Shown: positions 42,500 to 45,612 of the stretch, piece by piece
Position numbering within the stretch: the stretch's first letter is position 1
Layout of the letters: each line of letters starts with the position of its first letter
Source: Chiloscyllium plagiosum
Taxonomy: Eukaryota
Assembly: GCF_004010195.1 (NCBI RefSeq)
Contig: NC_057757.1
Location: 9,123,657 to 9,169,268, forward strand
Length of the DNA stretch: 45,612 bases
Direction of reading: 5' to 3'
Notes under the pieces: generated by a model
The model's database searches: none
Told to the model about the DNA's origin: nothing
Seen by the model: only the letters and a program-made list of their open reading frames with translations
Position numbers and translations under genes: made by a program

Positions 42500-42985
42500 T
42501 TGTCCTGTATACCAGTCTATGAGAGTACGCATGCAAGAACAGTGAGGGGATTTGAGTACAGGAGCAGGGATGTCTCACTGCAATTATGTCTTGCCTTGGT
42601 GAGACACACCCGGAGCATTGTGTCAGTCCCGGGAAGGGTGGTCTGGCGATGAAGGAAGTCAAGAAACAGCCACATGACTCTTCTAATATCTTTTTCCAGC
42701 ACTTGGCCCATAGATTTGTCTGCCTTGGCATCACAAGTACGTGCCTAAATAATTCTTTCATGTTATGAGGGCTTCTGCGTCAGAGGCGGTGAGTTCCAGA
42801 TGCTCACAATCCCTCACATCTTCCGCCCCTTACCTCAAATCGATTCCCCCCCCTGATCTCTCCCTCAGGGGGTGGGGGGAAAGGATTCTTCCTGTCTCTG
42901 CCCCCCTCATAATTTGACATGTCTCCTCTGCTCCAAATGGAACAACTCTCCTTATAACTGAAACTCTCCAGCCCAGGTAACATCG
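42500..42985. mobile_element. Short CR1 fragments (plus 42500-42630, minus 42650-42985)
   Basis: GGGATTTGAGTACAGGAGCAGGGATGTC...TTGGTGAGACACACCCGGAGCATTGTG; MLPGLESFSYKE. Confidence 0.6.
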
Positions 42986-42993
42986 GGGTGAGG

Positions 42994-43447
42994 GGTGGCA
43001 CGGTGGCTCAGTGGTTAGCACTGCTGCCTCACAGCACCAGGGACCCGGGTTCGATTCCAGCCTCGGGCGCCTGTCTGTGTGGAGTTTGCACATTCTCCCC
43101 GTGTCTGCGTGGGTTACCTCCGGGTGCTCCGGTTTCCTCCCACAGTCCAAAGATGTGCAGGTTAGGGTGAGTTGTCCATGCTAAATTGCCCCATAGTGTT
43201 TGTTCAGGGATGTGTAGGTTAGGGTGAATTGTCCATGCTAAATTACCCTATAGCATTCAGGGATGTGTAGGTGAGGGTGGATTGATCATGCTAAATTGTC
43301 CCATAGTGTTCAGGGATGTGTAGGTTAGGTGTATTAATCAGGGGTAAATGTGGAGTAATAGGGTAGGGGGAATAGGTCTGGGTGGGTTATTCTTCAGAGG
43401 GTCAGTGTGGACCTGTTGGGCCGAATGACCCATTCCCACCCTGTAGG
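42994..43447 (+). mobile_element. Full-length HE1 SINE with about 3 copies of the 53-bp unit
   Basis: GGTGGCACGGTGGCTCAGTGGTTAGCACTGCTGCCTCACAGCACCAGGGACCCGGGTTCGATTCC...GTGTGGACCTGTTGGGCCGAA. Confidence 0.93.
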
Positions 43448-43609
43448 GATCCTCTGATTCGAACATTCACACCACACAAAACCCCAGGATTAGCCATGTT
43501 GAATTGCCTGTAGTGCTCAGGGATCTGCAGGCTGGTGAGATGGGTCTAGGTGGGACACTGAGAAGGGAGTCCGCGTGTATTTGAAGGGGCCTGCTTCTGG
43601 GGATGCCAT

Positions 43610-43870
43610 GGAATCTCACTGCACCCTCTCCAGTGCTATCATGTCTCTCTGAAATGCTGATTTCCAGAACTGCACACAATGCTGTGGCTGAACCAACATT
43701 TTATACAGTTCCAGCATCACCTTCCTACTCTTAATCTCCACACCTTGACTAATAAAGGGCAAGAAGCTCATATGTCTTTTTACCCACTCATCTGCCTGTC
43801 CTGGTACGCTGAGGGATTTGTGGGCATGCATACCAAGGTCCCTCTGAACCTGAGGAGCAATCAAAATATT
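43610..43870 (-). mobile_element. CR1 RT C-terminal fragment
   Basis: QVQRDLGMHAHKSLSV...VMLELYKMLVQPQHCVQFW...DMIALERVQ. Confidence 0.85.
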
Positions 43871-43924
43871 CATGTAACCTCCCTGCTAACGTCCTTCAGA
43901 CTCATTGTCAAATACTTCCTGCAG

Positions 43925-44606
43925 AGTCTCCCTCTCTCTCTTTCTGTCTGTCTGTCTGTCTCTCTCTGTCTTCCTCTCTCACTCTCTTTCAGTCTCACTG
44001 TCTCTGTCTCTCCCTCTCTCTCCCTCTCTCTCTATCTCTCTGTCTCTCTCTCTCTGTCTCTATCTGTGTGTGTGTCTCTCTCTCTCTGTCTCTTTCTTTC
44101 TCTGTCTCTCCCTCTCTCTCNNNNNNNNNNNNNNNNNNNNNNNNNNNNNNNNNNNNNNNNNNNNNNNNNNNNNNNNNNNNNNNNNNNNNNNNNNNNNNNN
44201 NNNNNNNNNNNNNNNNNNNNNNNNNNNNNNNNNNNNNNNNNNNNNNNNNNNNNNNNNNNNNNNNNNNNNNNNNNNNNNNNNNNNNNNNNNNNNNNNNNNN
44301 NNNNNNNNNNNNNNNNNNNNNNNNNNNNNNNNNNNNNNNNNNNNNNNNNNNNNNNNNNNNNNNNNNNNNNNNNNNNNGTCTCTCTCTCTCTGTCTCTGTC
44401 TCTCTCTCTGTGTCTCTCTCTGTCTCTCTCTCTCTGTGTCTCTGTCTGTCTCTCTCCCTGTGTTTCTCTCTCTCTGTCTCTCTCTCTGTCTCTCACTCTC
44501 TGTCTCTCTCTCTCTTCCTTTCTCATTCTCTCTCTCTCTTCCTCTCTCATTCTCTGTGTGTGTGTCTCTCTCTCTCTCTGTCTCTCTCTCTCTCTCCCCC
44601 CCTCTC
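43925..44606. repeat. Long (CT/GT)n low-complexity microsatellite containing an assembly gap (N at 44121-44377)
   Basis: Seen directly in the sequence. Confidence 0.95.
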
Positions 44607-44989
44607 TAAGTGGGAATCGCTACTGTGCACACTAATCCAATTGTGCTCAGACTGAGGCTTGACATGAATTTAAAAAACTTCAATACTCTTCCTCAAGAAA
44701 CATTGCTGAGGCTTCAGTTTTATTTCCTGTGGACAATTGGGACCAATTAACGCATAGACAAATGCAAGCTTCTTCTACGTGCTTGGCATCCCCTGGCAAA
44801 CGGCACTTGGAACAGATTTAACGAGGGTTATCATATCGCCATTAGGTGAGTCACCCTGAACTCAGTAAAAGGGATAGTGTTTCAGAAAGTTAGTTGACGT
44901 GGGAGGTAAGATTGCAAGGTTTCAACCTTGCCCTTTCAGCTCCCGAGTGAGTAACCCTTTTCATGCCCTCAGTTCATGCCCAATACGCG

Positions 44990-45300
44990 GAGGGGGCAGG
45001 AGGCAGGGGGAATGGGAGTGATGGACAGACAGGAGAATGGCGCAGGGGAGGCAGAGACTGCGAGGGAAGGAAGGTGGGTTTGAGGAAAGGAAGGACAAAA
45101 AGAGGGAAGGAGTGAAGAGAAATTGGGAGGACAAAGACAAGAAAGGGGGGTAGGAAGGTAAGTAGGAAGGGGAAGATGCTGGAAGGAAGGAGAGCAGAAA
45201 GGAGACAGAGGGATAAGGAAGGAGAGAGAGAGGGAAGGTGGGAGAGAACAGCGCAAGGGAGGAATGAAGAGAAAAGAGGAGAGAGAAGGAAGGAGGACAT
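44990..45300. repeat. Purine-rich low-complexity tract
   Basis: GGAAGG/GAGA-rich sequence. Confidence 0.7.
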
Positions 45301-45465
45301 TAAATCCATGCGTCCAGCAACCATGTAGCTCTGGGATACTGTTAGAAAAGCAACCTCAACAAGCCTGTGATGGAGAGCTTCACAAGTGATGATTACGGAG
45401 GGACTCTGGATGGACTGCAGGTGGAGTAGGGAGGAGGCCTGCAGTTCAGGCTTCCCCAGCATCAT

Positions 45466-45486
45466 TACACACAGACACAGACACAG

Positions 45487-45522
<36 letters not shown>

Positions 45523-45612
45523 ACGCACACACACAGATACACACACACACAGATACACACACACACAGATACACAGACACACACACACACAGATACACAC
45601 ACACAGACACAC
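45466..45612. repeat. (CA)n microsatellite
   Basis: Seen directly in the sequence. Confidence 0.95.

Noticed and set aside
42994..43065. tRNA-like sequences with Pol III A and B boxes
   Set aside because: They are SINE heads continuing into the SINE body, with no complete cloverleaf.
43679..45612. SLSLSL, ERERER and CVCVCV ORFs
   Set aside because: They are microsatellite translations and gap read-through.

Overview
Eukaryotic, repeat-dominated genomic DNA, inferred to be from a shark (cartilaginous fish) because of HE1-type SINEs, CR1/HER1-type LINEs and a GPR139-like receptor of the kind expanded in chondrichthyans. All calls are by-eye pattern recognition without database searches. Host-gene content is small: one intact 150-bp neuroligin (NLGN2-like) coding exon on the minus strand (41263-41412) and a multiply disabled GPR139-like class A GPCR exon on the plus strand (8126-8998). 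The rest is a layered record of mobile DNA: many CR1-clade LINE fragments, about 11 HE1 SINEs, a second tRNA-derived SINE family, a Rex1-like LINE tail, Penelope-like elements (PLEs) carrying minimal hammerhead-ribozyme motifs (four as fold-back palindromes, three of them with clear 11-14-bp target-site duplications), a fragmented Gypsy LTR-gag-pro element, two related solo LTRs, a Tigger/pogo transposase remnant with a related MITE, a Harbinger Myb/SANT remnant, a tandem MITE array, and three satellites (65 bp, 71 bp, and a 53-bp unit amplified about 46-fold inside one HE1 SINE). There are two assembly gaps. There is no CRISPR array and no prokaryotic system. The most interesting signals are the hammerhead-bearing palindromic PLE derivatives and the SINE-born satellite series.
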